Shown: positions 42,870 to 55,566 of the stretch, one piece after another
Layout: the number at the start of each line of letters is the position of its first letter
Position numbering within the stretch: the stretch's first letter is position 1
NCBI GenBank assembly: GCA_964016885.1
Contig: OZ024743.1
Location: forward strand, 340,752,001-340,816,000
Direction of reading: 5' to 3'
Origin: Eledone cirrhosa
Taxonomy: Eukaryota
Length of the DNA stretch: 64,000 nt
Notes under the pieces: model-generated
What the model was told of the DNA's origin: nothing
The model's input: only the letters and a program-made list of their open reading frames with translations
The model's database searches: none
Translations under genes and position numbers: made by a program

Positions 42870-42942
42870 AGTTTCAGAAGATCCCGTTAAGAGTGAAAGC
42901 AGCGATTCTTTGCTTAAACTTTAATCTGTTATTTTAATAAAT
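42870..42942 (+). ncRNA. Minimal CAGAAGA-HHR copy starting exactly at stem I, embedded in (TA)n
   Basis: agtttCAGAAGAtcccgttaagagtGAAA...TTaaact. Confidence 0.65.
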
Positions 42943-43017
42943 ATATATGTATGTATATATATATGTATGTAAATATATATATATATATATGTATATATAT
43001 ATGTATATATATATGTC

Positions 43018-43073
<56 letters not shown>

Positions 43074-43077
43074 AGTC

Positions 43078-43132
<55 letters not shown>

Positions 43133-43147
43133 ATATATATATATATA

Positions 43148-43283
43148 GGAACGAGTACGACCCCGACGGCTGAGCTCAAGCCGTTTCGACGGCTAATTCT
43201 GAACTAAAAAAAACTCGTTCCTATTACCCACTCTACTACTCTAAGTATTGAGTACTTTGGTGCGTTATGGTCCACCTGGTTTC
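43148..43283. mobile_element. Short fold-back of the half-HHR family (also 6891-6948, 19838-19890, 47458-47560, 51871-52100)
   Basis: Shared ccgtc GAAA cggct-tgagctc-agccg TC gggg motif and ~110-bp tail. Confidence 0.75.
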
Positions 43284-43330
43284 TTACCACATTTCCTTCG
43301 TTATATATATACATATATATATATACACAC

Positions 43331-43363
<33 letters not shown>

Positions 43364-43411
43364 CATATACATATACATATATATATATATATACACATAT
43401 ATATATACACA

Positions 43412-46062
43412 CACTTACATGAACTTGTACTTGTGTCAACATTCACCCTGTATTGGTTTAGCCGGCTTCTTCCCTTGTCCTGAGGGCATCCCAAACCATG
43501 GCCGCCCACGCACGACGGTCCCGAGCTAGGTCACCGGAGATAGCGAGCCTGTCACGGTTCCATCGGTGAAGGCCGACCACCTACGGACCTGAGAGTTCGG
43601 AGAGGTCATCCTTGATCGTCGTTGCCCAGGTCTACAGCTGCCCGCCAACGCGCTTGCGCCAGTTAGGGAGTGGAGGTGGGAGCAGAACATCGCGGATCAG
43701 CTCACCCTCAGGGCGCCGGGCTGCGTGACCAAACCATCTCAAGCGCTGTTTTAGAAGCACTGAAGGAAGGGGTCGAAGATTCAGCTGAAGATGAAGACTT
43801 GTGGTAGGTACCCGATCAACGCGTTGGCAGCGAAAAATGCGGCGGAGACAGTCATTGTCGAAGACATCCAGCCCTCGTTGATCAACTACCCTCATAGGCC
43901 ATGTTTCACAGCCATAGAGAAGGATAGTGCGAATGACGGCCTGGTAGATTCGCCCTATGGTCGCCGAGGTGATCTCTCTTCTGTCCCACAGACACCGTTG
44001 GAGGCGCCCTAAAGCGGATCTGGCAGCACCTATGCGACGCTTGACCTCGGCTGCGCCCTGTCCTGTTGGAACCACTGTTGAGCCCAGGTAAAACGAAGGA
44101 CTCCACATCTTCCAGGCCCATGCCCTCGAGAGATATTGGCTGCCAGACATCAGGCGAGACCAGGGACGTCATGACTTTCGACTTGGCGGCAGTGATTCGT
44201 AGACCAAAATCGGTGGGTGCAGTGTGTACCCTTTCGAGAGCACCCTGTACATCTGTCCTGTTAGCGCCCATCAGCACGATGTCATCCGCGTAGGCCAGGT
44301 CCGTCACCACTACCCCTCTCCCGACCTCTACGCCCGGGTAATCCCGGAGCGCTGTGTTGGGAGTGTAGTCAATGGCGTAGTTAAAGAGAGTTGGCGATAG
44401 CGCACACCCCTACTGAACACCGGTCCCAACATCGAACGACTCCGCCTCCCCACAATAGACCCTCACTCGAACCCGAGTCGACCGGTAGTAGCCTTGTATG
44501 AGACGAAGCAGCTTCACTGGGATGCCGTCCGCCTGCATTATAAGAATAGGGCTTCCCGATCTACCGAGTCGAAGGCAGCTGAAAAGTCGAGGAAGCAGAG
44601 GACGGTAGGCTGTTGATGTGCCCACCGTGGTTCCAAGACACGCCGGTGAATAAAGATTTGATCAACGCACCCCCTCCCCGAACGGAATCCGCCCTGAGAA
44701 AGACGGGTACGGACATCACGGATGGCCTGGAACCTCTTCAGCAGAAGTTTGCGAAGGTTTTGCAGCAACGTCAATTAAACTGATACCTGTAGTTGGAACA
44801 CAGTTTCCTGTCGCCTTTTTTGAAGAAGAGTAGGAGAGCTGCCTCGCTCCAGTCACCATGTAACCGCTCCGTCGCCCACACGGAGGAGAAGACTCGATGG
44901 AGCCAAGCTGCGAAGACATCAGGCTCGGCCTTGTAGACCTCAGCTGGAACGCCATCTTCGCCCGGCGCCTTGTTGTTCCGGAGATGTGTCAGGACACTAC
45001 GAACCTCCTCGACCGTTGGAGGAACATTACTGCACCCGTATTCTTCTGCGGAAGGCTGCACGTAGGTTGGCGTGGGTGGTGGCGGGAGGTTGAGCAGCTC
45101 CGAGAAATGGTCCCGCCATCGGTCTAGCCGGTCATTAAGATTGGTAATGACCGCCCCGTTCCGATCACAGACCGTCTCGCTGATACCCGTACTGCTTCGG
45201 CTGGCCAGCTTCACCAGTTGGTAGAGCTTGCACGAGTCACCACCGGCTGCTGCCCTCTCCGTCTGCTCCGCAAATTCGCGCCAGTGTGCATTCCGATCGG
45301 CCCGAATAACCTGAGATGTGCGACGTCGGGGATCTCGAAGATTGGGTGCACCCTCGAGTCGGGCCACTCACGCCCTCTCCGCGAGTTCAAGAGTGCCGCC
45401 GGAGATCCTGTCCCGATGGCGTCTTTGGGTCGACCCGAGATGCTCTCTGGCCACCTCAACCGTTACTCAGCATTTCGAATCGGTTTCGCATCTATAGCAG
45501 GAAAGCATTTCCAGCATCGAGCTTGAGTCGAGAGATGTCGATCCTTTTCTGGCGGTTGGGAGGAGGTTTCGCCTGCAGCCGCAGACGAAGGGTTGCTCGA
45601 ACAAGAGTATGGTCTGACCCATGCTCACTGCCCGTATCAGCCCCTCCATACGAACGCGAGTCCATCACTGAGCTGGCCCACCGAGATATGACCAGGATGT
45701 AGTCAATCTGATTGGCCGTTCTTCCGTCGTGACGAGGTGACGCCGAGGATGTAGGAACCGGGTGTTGGTGACGATAATACGATTGGCATCCGCGAAGGAC
45801 ACGAGCCGTTCAACATTGTCACAGCGTACGCCTAGGGCGAAGCGTCCTAGAATATGCCGTGTTGTATCATCAGCCGGCCCCGTCCGCGCATTCCAGTCCC
45901 CAGCGACAATGAGAACATCACTGGAGGAGACGCCATCCACAGTGTTTGGAGATCGACATAGAACTGCGTCTTGTCTGCTTCGTCCGCATTGAGTGTGGGA
46001 GCGTAGACGGCAATTACACTGACGTTGGAGATTTTACTCTTCAATCGAACCAGCGCAAGTCT
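43412..46062 (-). mobile_element. RTE-clade LINE (SR2-like), 5'-truncated within the APE domain, frameshifted
   Basis: [13 protein letters not shown] (APE); KAPGEDG, QGGFRSGR, FLDFSAAFDSV, LAYADD, LLYGCETW, RLRWFGH (RT); short repeat tail. Confidence 0.93.
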
Positions 46063-46086
46063 ACACACACACACATATATATATAT

Positions 46087-46209
<123 letters not shown>

Positions 46210-46252
46210 CATACATAACACACACACATATATATATATACTTACATATATA

Positions 46253-46298
<46 letters not shown>

Positions 46299-46569
46299 GT
46301 GTATCTTGTGTGTACGAGCGTGTTTGTATATGTGGTATATAAATATATGCGTAGATCTTGCAGTGGACCGCACTTGCCGTACTATTGGATAAGACTTACG
46401 CCATTTTGTTCGCTAGGACCATGAAATATTTATATGATATGCTGTGATTTCCTTTGTTTTGATATACACAAAATCAAAATAGAATATTATTTATTGATAT
46501 ATGTCTAGCCTCTGTTGGTTTCGTTGATGAGAGTTCGAGTTGTTCGAACAACCTGATCGTGAAACTAAC

Positions 46570-46830
46570 ACGGAAGTAGCATAGCATTCCACAGGCATGC
46601 GACATGTGTCATAATGTGATAAGGGTGGTCCTTTCAATTGCAGGTTCAACTCATTTTCGCCAGCTCAAAGGGTGGCTCATTTTCGCCAGCTCAAAGGGTG
46701 GCTCATTTTCGCCAGCTCAAAGGATAGAAACAACATGATATAAACTGTCTTACAACGCTCAACCGGGAATCGAACACACCGCCTTACGATCATTAGTTGA
46801 ATAATGTATCCACTAATCTACGTTCTCTTC
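46570..46830 (-). mobile_element. Degenerate SINE (family B-like) with 26-bp internal triplication
   Basis: ctcattttcgccagctcaaagg x3; gggaatcgaac B-box complement. Confidence 0.6.
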
Positions 46831-47001
46831 GTTATTGATATATTTATGAGAGATAAATATATTTGATATTGATGATGGATGAATACAGTGTTTCTTTTAA
46901 AATTTCACGTTATTGATGTAGTCTGAACAACTAGCTGAATAATGTAGTGAATACAATCGACAAGCCAATTTATGATTGAATACATCGTGCAGCATATGTA
47001 T

Positions 47002-47033
<32 letters not shown>

Positions 47034-47062
47034 TATGTATATATGTCTATGTATATATATAT

Positions 47063-47176
<114 letters not shown>

Positions 47177-47384
47177 GTATATATAATAGGGAAATCTTAA
47201 CAATAGGGTGTCCACTCTGCTTGAAGCACCCAATTGTTAGAATATTAACAATAGAGTGCTTTAAGCAAAACGGGATGTTATTATGAACTCAGTTTCTGGA
47301 ATTTTCAGAAAAAAAACAAAACACTTCTTTCTCTTCGACACACAAGCATCAGCTAAACCTTCAAAATCGGATAATCATATATTG

Positions 47385-47455
<71 letters not shown>

Positions 47456-47589
47456 GTTGTCGGGGTCCCAAATTTTTCATATTACACACTCTACTACGCC
47501 AAGTATCGAGTACTTTGATGAGTAATGATCTAACTGGTTTTTACTACATCTATTCTGATTTATATATATATATATATATAGAGAGAGAA

Positions 47590-47869
47590 GAAGTTTATGA
47601 AATGGAAAAGCGGGTATAAAGAATTTATTAGGTAACAATTGTTTCTATAGTGTATGGGTTACCTATACCTCGCTATTTGAATAATATAAAAATATTATCA
47701 TAAACCGAAGGTACACTGTAAGCAAACACACCATGTCGTCAGACCTTTGTATTGGAATGATATGAAAATATTTTATACAAATAGCGAGGTATAGGTAACC
47801 CATACACTATAGAAACAATTGTTACCTAATAAATTCTTTATACCCGCATTTCCATTTCATAAACTTCTC
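47590..47869. mobile_element. Fold-back element; complete HHR in left arm plus spacer
   Basis: 47590-47679 is an inverted copy of 47778-47867. Confidence 0.88.
47630..47746 (-). ncRNA. Hammerhead with ~90-nt stem II domain
   Basis: Reverse complement: aggt CTGACGA catggtgtgt...atacactata GAAA caattg TT acct. Confidence 0.7.
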
Positions 47870-47983
47870 CATATTTTCTACGGATTTTAAAACACACTTT
47901 ATTATACGTTGAGCAATCTCTGACGTCGGTTGACTCCATCCAATGCAACTACTTAGTAACATTGGAATACAAATTTACTAATT

Positions 47984-48028
<45 letters not shown>

Positions 48029-48029
48029 A

Positions 48030-48228
48030 TTGTTAGAAAACTGTAAGGTAATATCCGTAGTGGTAGAGCACTCAGTCCATGGGACGAGTTAGGTAGAGGT
48101 GGTTACACAACAGTTAGTTCACCACACCGAGAACAATTGTTTCACCTTAGCGGATCCTCACTTAGTCTGAGGATCCGCTAAGGTAAAACAATTGTTCTCG
48201 GTGTGGTGAACTAACTGTTGTGTAACCA

Positions 48229-48231
<3 letters not shown>
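48030..48231. mobile_element. Fold-back hinged at the HHR core (7-nt spacer 48161-48167); shorter relative at ~19905-20056
   Basis: Consensus CTGAGGA t-cc-gctaa-gg-t GAAA caattg TT ctc. Confidence 0.8.
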
Positions 48232-48289
<58 letters not shown>

Positions 48290-48292
<3 letters not shown>

Positions 48293-49006
48293 AGTATGCA
48301 TGTATACGTACATACATATATGTATACAGACGTACAGTAGCATGCACATATATATATATATATATACATATATACATACATATGCATACAGGTACACATA
48401 CATATATGCACGTATCAGTTTAGCGGCGCTAACGTCGCTTTGTTCGTTTGTAAACAAACTGAACAGCCTGAATTTATGCCATACGGTGCTAAGGCAACCA
48501 CGTCACCTTTTTGTTCAACACTGACACAGGAACGATGTACTAGTTTCAAGCTTGTTAGCTATCATCAGCACCGTTTACCCATCTGCCAGATAGTTGAACG
48601 TTCGAAAGTATATACTTTCCTTATGAAAATTAACGGCTGAGCAGCCTAATTTGCATATTGAGTGAGTTAAATCGGTCAGGCATACCGAAAACGATAAATT
48701 GAAACAAAATGAAAACGAAATTTCATTTCTCACTCTTAGTATGGCACTTACTTAAATGTAAGTATGCATGTATACGTACATACATATATGTATACAGACG
48801 TACAGTAGCATGCACATATATATATATATATACATATATACATACATATGCATACAGGTACACATACATATATGCACGTATCAGTTTAGCGGCGCTAACG
48901 TCGCTTTGTTCGTTTGTAAACAAACTGAACAGCCTGAATTTATGCCATACGGTGTTAAGGCAACCACGTCACCTTTTTGTTCAACACTGACACAGGAACG
49001 ATGTAC
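48290..49006 (-). mobile_element. 1.5-unit partial tandem (466-bp monomer) HHR element
   Basis: 48290-48540 repeated at 48758-49006. Confidence 0.88.
48533..48573 (-). ncRNA. Type I hammerhead ribozyme
   Basis: Reverse complement: cggtg CTGATGA t-agct-aaca-agct-t GAAA ctag TA catcg. Confidence 0.9.
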
Positions 49007-49230
49007 CAAGGCGCCTCCTCTCTATTGAGGATTTTGTTATAAATTTTATTTTTTGTTATATTTTATAACAAAATCCTCTATTGAGTATTTTGTTATAATT
49101 CTATTTTTTGTTATATTTTATTTTATTTTTATATATTGTTATTGCCTCCTCCCTATTGAGGACGCCTTGTTTTGTAAACTCCCCCCATTGTACTTGTCCC
49201 ACTTTTGATGCCCTTGTGGCAAATAAAAGA

Positions 49231-49275
<45 letters not shown>

Positions 49276-50267
49276 TGCCGCCTTTTTATAAAGAGGGATG
49301 ATGGCGGCATATAAATATTCATCCACACAACTATTCTATTTTATTTTTCGATTTTAGTTATTTGATTAATTATGAGATATAAATATAATTAATCTGTTGT
49401 ATGTGGGTGTATTGACGGATGTCGTTGATATCAGCACTATGCAGCATCGATGCCAAAATGATACAAACGCAGACTTTGTGGGAGATCGTTCTCTAGTTTG
49501 CAGAACCCCAGGCACAAGCCATAACGTGGTCACAGTATATACTATTTAATTTATTAATTCTTTTCAGATAAGTATACTAGAGATTCATGTCTACGAGGGG
49601 GTCCCTTCGTAATTGCTCAAATTCCTATATATATATATTACATCTAAATCTCTTTGAAAACAGAATTCTATTAGAAAAAATATAACGGTCATATTAAATA
49701 ACGTAGTCTAATCTACACTGAGCGGTTGGTCAGAGCTGGAATACCTTTGAATACAGCATTCTTTGATCAGATCTAATCTGGTACTAAACAATAACAGATT
49801 TACAACAGAGCTAAATATATGGTGTTCCACTTCACATGTCGCTATTTTATTCATTCATGCACCTGATTCAGTTTATGTTTTAACCCAGCTGTTTCTCTTC
49901 TTCAGTTTCCAGCATTGCCACTGAACTAATAATCTGATATCTAGGATTTATCATAGAAGCAATATTATCATACTATGGTGAGTCATTTCTTATATAATGC
50001 ATTTTAAGTGTTGTGGCTGACATACAGCTTAATATTCTTTGTTTGAAATGTAGTAACTTAGTCTGCTTGTATTTTTGTGTTATTGGTGTTATTTTTCTTA
50101 TTGTTGTTCGGTCTCCAATCACTCTGGTTCCACAAAAAAACTATGATCAAAGTAATTCAAGTCAGAAACTATCAGTGGTGCATTCTAGGCTGGCACGACT
50201 CAGATACACACACACTTACATGTATATATTATATATATATTCATATCACACTCTCTCTCTCTCGCTT

Positions 50268-50377
<110 letters not shown>

Positions 50378-50382
50378 TATAT

Positions 50383-50439
<57 letters not shown>

Positions 50440-50440
<1 letters not shown>

Positions 50441-50620
50441 GTTTATCCTGGGTTCAATCGGAGGTAACCACAGTAAGTAAGGTACTCAATACAAAGCAGA
50501 GTATAGATATTTAATATAGAAAAGGTTTCTACAGGACTAGAACTGTTTCATTCGTGAGAAATCCTCAGGCTGATGAAACAGTTCTAGTCTTGTAGAAGCC
50601 TTTTTTTAGATTAAATATAT
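50440..50620. mobile_element. Fold-back of the 6636/53610 HHR family hinged at the core
   Basis: Minus strand CTGAGGA...GAAA cag..ctg TA at 50524-50568; plus arm restarts at tgaaacag. Confidence 0.8.
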
Positions 50621-50649
50621 ATATATTGTATATATATATATATATATAT

Positions 50650-51160
50650 AAGTATGTATACGTACATACATATATGTATACAGACGTACAGTAGTATGTA
50701 TATATATATAAATACATGCACATATATATATATGTACGTATCGGTTTACCGAACATTTATTATAATGTTCGGTTTGTTTGTAAACAAACAGCCCGAATTA
50801 AGCCGTACAGTGTTCGGCAACCATCGTTGCCCTTTTGTTTAACATTGACAAAGGAACGATGAACTAGTTTCAAGCTTATTAGCTATCGTCAGCATCGTAT
50901 ACCTTCCTGTCAGATGATTGAACGTTTGAAAGTATATACTTTCCTTATGCATATTAACGGCTGAGCAGCCTAATTTGCATACCGAACATTATAATAAATG
51001 TTCAGTAAACCCATACGCACATATATATATGTGTGCATGTATGTATATATATACATACTACTGTACGTCTGTATACATATATGTATGTACGTATACATAC
51101 TTATATGTAAGAATCAGCCCTACTAAGATTGAGAAATGAAATATTATTTCATTCTTTTCT
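50650..51160. mobile_element. Fold-back of the 466-bp family; HHR at 50856-50898 (-)
   Basis: Reverse complement: acgatg CTGACGA tagct-aata-agctt GAAA ctag TT catcgt; inverted tail at 50981-51160. Confidence 0.85.
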
Positions 51161-51173
51161 ATATATATATATG

Positions 51174-51222
<49 letters not shown>

Positions 51223-51224
51223 GA

Positions 51225-51815
51225 TGGCTGCCCCTCGTTATCGAGTATGGCCATTGCACGATATACCATTATTAATAATTATTAATTAATTTGATCGTAT
51301 AATGCCTGTGCATGAAGATATTTTTTAAAGTGAGGAAAGACTGTGCACTGAGCCAATCCCACTCTCTGAGCGACAGTAGCTATAACCAGAAAAGAAGAAA
51401 AGATCAACACCATCGGTAACTACTGAGCCGCAGGTTTTATATCGGAGTTATCCCAGTTTCCTGAGTTGCCTTCTCCTAGAAGAATGCCCTGACAAAAGCT
51501 AGGGGTCCTTCACCCCAAATGGTGTCACCGCGCGATCGGGTGTCCAGCCCGACTATTTCTATGTTCCCGCGCATATACATACACATGCACCCATGTATAT
51601 ACCCACATATACATATACATATGTACATGTGTAGATACATATTTACACACTTTAGGATGGCCGTTGTCAGGTTTTGTTTTTTGTCCTACAGGGTGTCCAA
51701 AATCACTCTCCTCACCAAGTAAACTTGATGGGGTTGCCGGTTTAGTCGCCGAGGACCTCATCATGCGACAAGTTGTACTGGGTTACATGTTACCAGTAGC
51801 ACTCAAGAGTGACCC

Positions 51816-51820
<5 letters not shown>
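51225..51820 (-). mobile_element. Non-autonomous RTE-related element family C
   Basis: Shares its leader with 34538-34590, 36730-36772 and 56089-56160. Confidence 0.65.
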
Positions 51821-51870
<50 letters not shown>

Positions 51871-51871
<1 letters not shown>

Positions 51872-52096
51872 ACGAAGGAAATGTGGTAAGGAACCAGGTG
51901 GACCATAACGCACCAAAGTACTCAATACTTAGGGTAGTAGAGTGGGTAATAGGAACGAGTAGGACCCCGACGGCTGAGCTCAAGCCGTTTCGACGGCTAA
52001 TTCTGGACGCATTAGTCGCATTAGTCGCATTAGACGCATTAGTCCAGAATTAGCCGTCGAAACGGCTTGAGCTCAGCCGTCGGGGTCCTACTCGTT

Positions 52097-52100
<4 letters not shown>
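51871..52100. mobile_element. Fold-back of the half-HHR family with (CGCATTAGT)4 at the hinge
   Basis: 51949-52008 is an inverted copy of 52042-52100. Confidence 0.85.
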
Positions 52101-52164
<64 letters not shown>

Positions 52165-52620
52165 GAGATATCCATGGTAAGTTGTGGGGTCTAGTCTGCA
52201 TGAAGAACTCAATGTAATACATATGTTGAAAATGTTGTAGGTTAAAATAAATCCCGGAAAACAATAAAACATTAAAAGGAAAACACAGTCATGCTATAAG
52301 TTAAAACAATGAAATAAAAAATCAAGTCATTAGAAATATACTTAACTGCTTTACGATCGTTTCTAGGTAATGATAATAGATCGTAACTATACTTCGATAT
52401 CGATCTATGTAAGGTTAGTTACAAAATATCAGATACAGAGATATTTACTTACATGCATATCACCAGCTGTCAAAAGCAATAATAATTTTATTCAAAACTA
52501 GTAGTAAATTAGTATAATATTTAGTTCTATGACATTGTTTGGAGGTAGTTGAAAAACTGACCAATCAGATTGTTACATTCCATATGATGTTAAGATGAAA
52601 ATAATTCACTTAATGACCCT

Positions 52621-52650
<30 letters not shown>

Positions 52651-52655
<5 letters not shown>

Positions 52656-52900
52656 CTTGATCACCTTGACCGACGAGTCTGTCGGGCGCCATTCGGCGCC
52701 GCTGGTGACAGCACGTGGTGTTTTAGCCATACGATGACCCCACCCCACTGGCTGGGCGGATAGGCCGTAAGTCTAAAGTCTGTCTTAAGCCAGACGGCTC
52801 ATTTGGCCGGTGCTTATCCCGCTTTCATGGCATGAAGCGACTGAAAGTACACGACCCCTCCCTGGACAGGGCTATTGCTGGTACTAATTTTCAGCTGAGT
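52651..52900 (-). mobile_element. 3' half of a SINE with a conserved central domain
   Basis: Reverse complement: actcagctgaaaa...agtcgcttcatgcc...gggataagcaccggcc; tail (tcaaggtga)2. Confidence 0.65.
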
Positions 52901-52904
52901 ATAT

Positions 52905-52993
<89 letters not shown>

Positions 52994-53009
52994 TTTTATA
53001 TATATATAT

Positions 53010-53244
53010 ATAAAGAAAAAGAGATGAAATCGAAAATGCAATTGGAGTCTTATTTTTTTAAAAAATATATATATTTATTTGGTTCCTTTACCGGTTTCGC
53101 AGTTCTTCTGCTTTTCAAAAGGTGAGTTGAGATTTAAAAAAAAAATAAGACTCCAGTTGCATTTTCGATTTCATCTCTTTTTCTTTATACTTTCACTCGT
53201 GTAGGACGCCTCGGTTATTTTTCATTTTGTAAAGAAAACCTCAC

Positions 53245-53252
<8 letters not shown>
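53010..53252. mobile_element. Fold-back of the U3-A8 family; HHR at 53085-53122 (-)
   Basis: Same 38-nt HHR as 23703-23740; inverted tail at 53135-53252. Confidence 0.85.
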
Positions 53253-53290
<38 letters not shown>

Positions 53291-53609
53291 GTATTATGTA
53301 TATATATAAAGAATTTCCCTTTTCTTTAAATCCATCAACCCTGACTGACCACCAACGATCTTATAGACACCTGAAATATAGGCATTGCTAGCTTAAGAGA
53401 AACTTAAAAATAAGGAGTGGCACCCCATTCTGAATTTGTTTATAGAATTCTTTCTGCCTTTGTTATTCTAAATATAAATTATAGCTTTAAAGAATTAGCT
53501 TTTAAGGAATTCCCTTTTCTATCAACCAATGACATCTAACCATCCCACTCCCTACCCTCTCCTACCACCTGAAGAGACCTATAAATACCATATTTATTTT
53601 TTGATACCC

Positions 53610-53660
53610 AGATTCCTGATGATTTCTAAAGAATGAAACAGTTCTAGTCCTGTAGAATCT
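53610..53660 (+). ncRNA. Type I hammerhead ribozyme in pLTR fragment 53480-53743
   Basis: agattc CTGATGA t-ttct-aa-agaa-t GAAA cag-ttctagtc-ctg TA gaatct. Confidence 0.88.
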
Positions 53661-53742
53661 CATCTATATTAAAACTGTTATACTCTGCTATGTATTGAGT
53701 ACCTTACTTACTGTGGTTACCTCCGATTCAACCCGGAATAAC

Positions 53743-53827
<85 letters not shown>

Positions 53828-54783
53828 TATATATATGTGTGTTTGTGTATGTATTGTTAATGAATACATAAACTATGGCCTTAAGATATAATATTACATT
53901 ATAAATTAGGTTTAAAATAGTTAACGTCTTACATTGACATTCAATACTAAATAATATTACCCCTATAGAAAACCAAATGAGACTTATCAATTATGTGTCA
54001 TGCCACACTCAATCTAGAGGCATTACTAAGGATATGGTTAAGAATATTTCTTTGCCCACAATATCAATGATACTGATACACTTACGAAGACAACATATCC
54101 AATACGTATATCAGTTCTGAATTCTCACTTTTTATATATGATCTTTGTGTATGTTATAGATATGTCAGAAAGTGGATCGTTTATCTTATCGTTTATCTCT
54201 ATCCGATTGGCGCGTTTTATTTGATCTATTTGGTTAACATATCCTCTTTGTTGACACTACCAAATTAATCTCCATTAACACTCGCTTTTTATAATGTTTT
54301 TAGATGAAGAACCTGAAATGTATTATGGATCACATATTATGAATTACATTAAGGCATTGAAATTACGTGAAAGTTATGAATATAATATTTTCTCACAAAT
54401 TACTTTTCGCCCCATTTAAAATATACCGTATCAATTATACAATATTTTTATTGGATTATATACCATATTGATTCCCACATTGTAAATACAATTCCGCATA
54501 CAACCAAAATTTACTATTCTAACTTATATAGACATATGTTTGATGGTCTATTGTCTTCATAGATCTGATATCGTATATGTTATATATATATGTTTGATAT
54601 CATATTTTATTAGTTCAGCTCAATATGATCTCGTATATGATATATATTGTTTACTATACTTTTGTTTATTTTATTTTGGACTACATTGTAATTCAAAGAA
54701 TATCTATAATTGTGTTTGCACAAATACACACACACACAAATACACACACACACAAATACACACACACACACAAGCATAACAAC

Positions 54784-54822
<39 letters not shown>

Positions 54823-55200
54823 TATATATATTCAAAAGTGCGTATATATATATATTGGGTTGTCAATATATAAAATATATATAAAAAAACAAATTTCTAC
54901 AAATTTCATACTTGACAACTCAATATATATATGTGTGTGTTCGTAGTATTCAGTTAGTTTATCTATAAACACGTTAGTAGAAATATAATAAACTGGTCCT
55001 ACAATTCTCCATAAACACCCAATCATTCTATACACCTTCAAATTTCAAATACGCTGCTATCATCAACATTTTCAACTTATTATCCATTTCCGACAAAAGA
55101 GAATATTCTTTCGCCTGAAACTGGTTGTTACGGGTAGCCATTGTTATTCCAACCCATAAAGTTGTCAAGAGAGATGAAAGTACATCCCCAAGCCCCCGCC

Positions 55201-55237
<37 letters not shown>

Positions 55238-55346
55238 CTTACGTGATCATTCTTCTTTTATTCCGTTTTCTTTTCTCTCCGGCGTTCTCTAACAGGGATA
55301 AAATACAAATTAATATACGTATATTTATATACACATACACATATAC

Positions 55347-55389
<43 letters not shown>

Positions 55390-55432
55390 CATACATGTAA
55401 ATATATATATATATATATGCATAATATATATA

Positions 55433-55505
<73 letters not shown>

Positions 55506-55535
55506 ATATATATCTACACACGCGCGCATACACAC

Positions 55536-55566
<31 letters not shown>

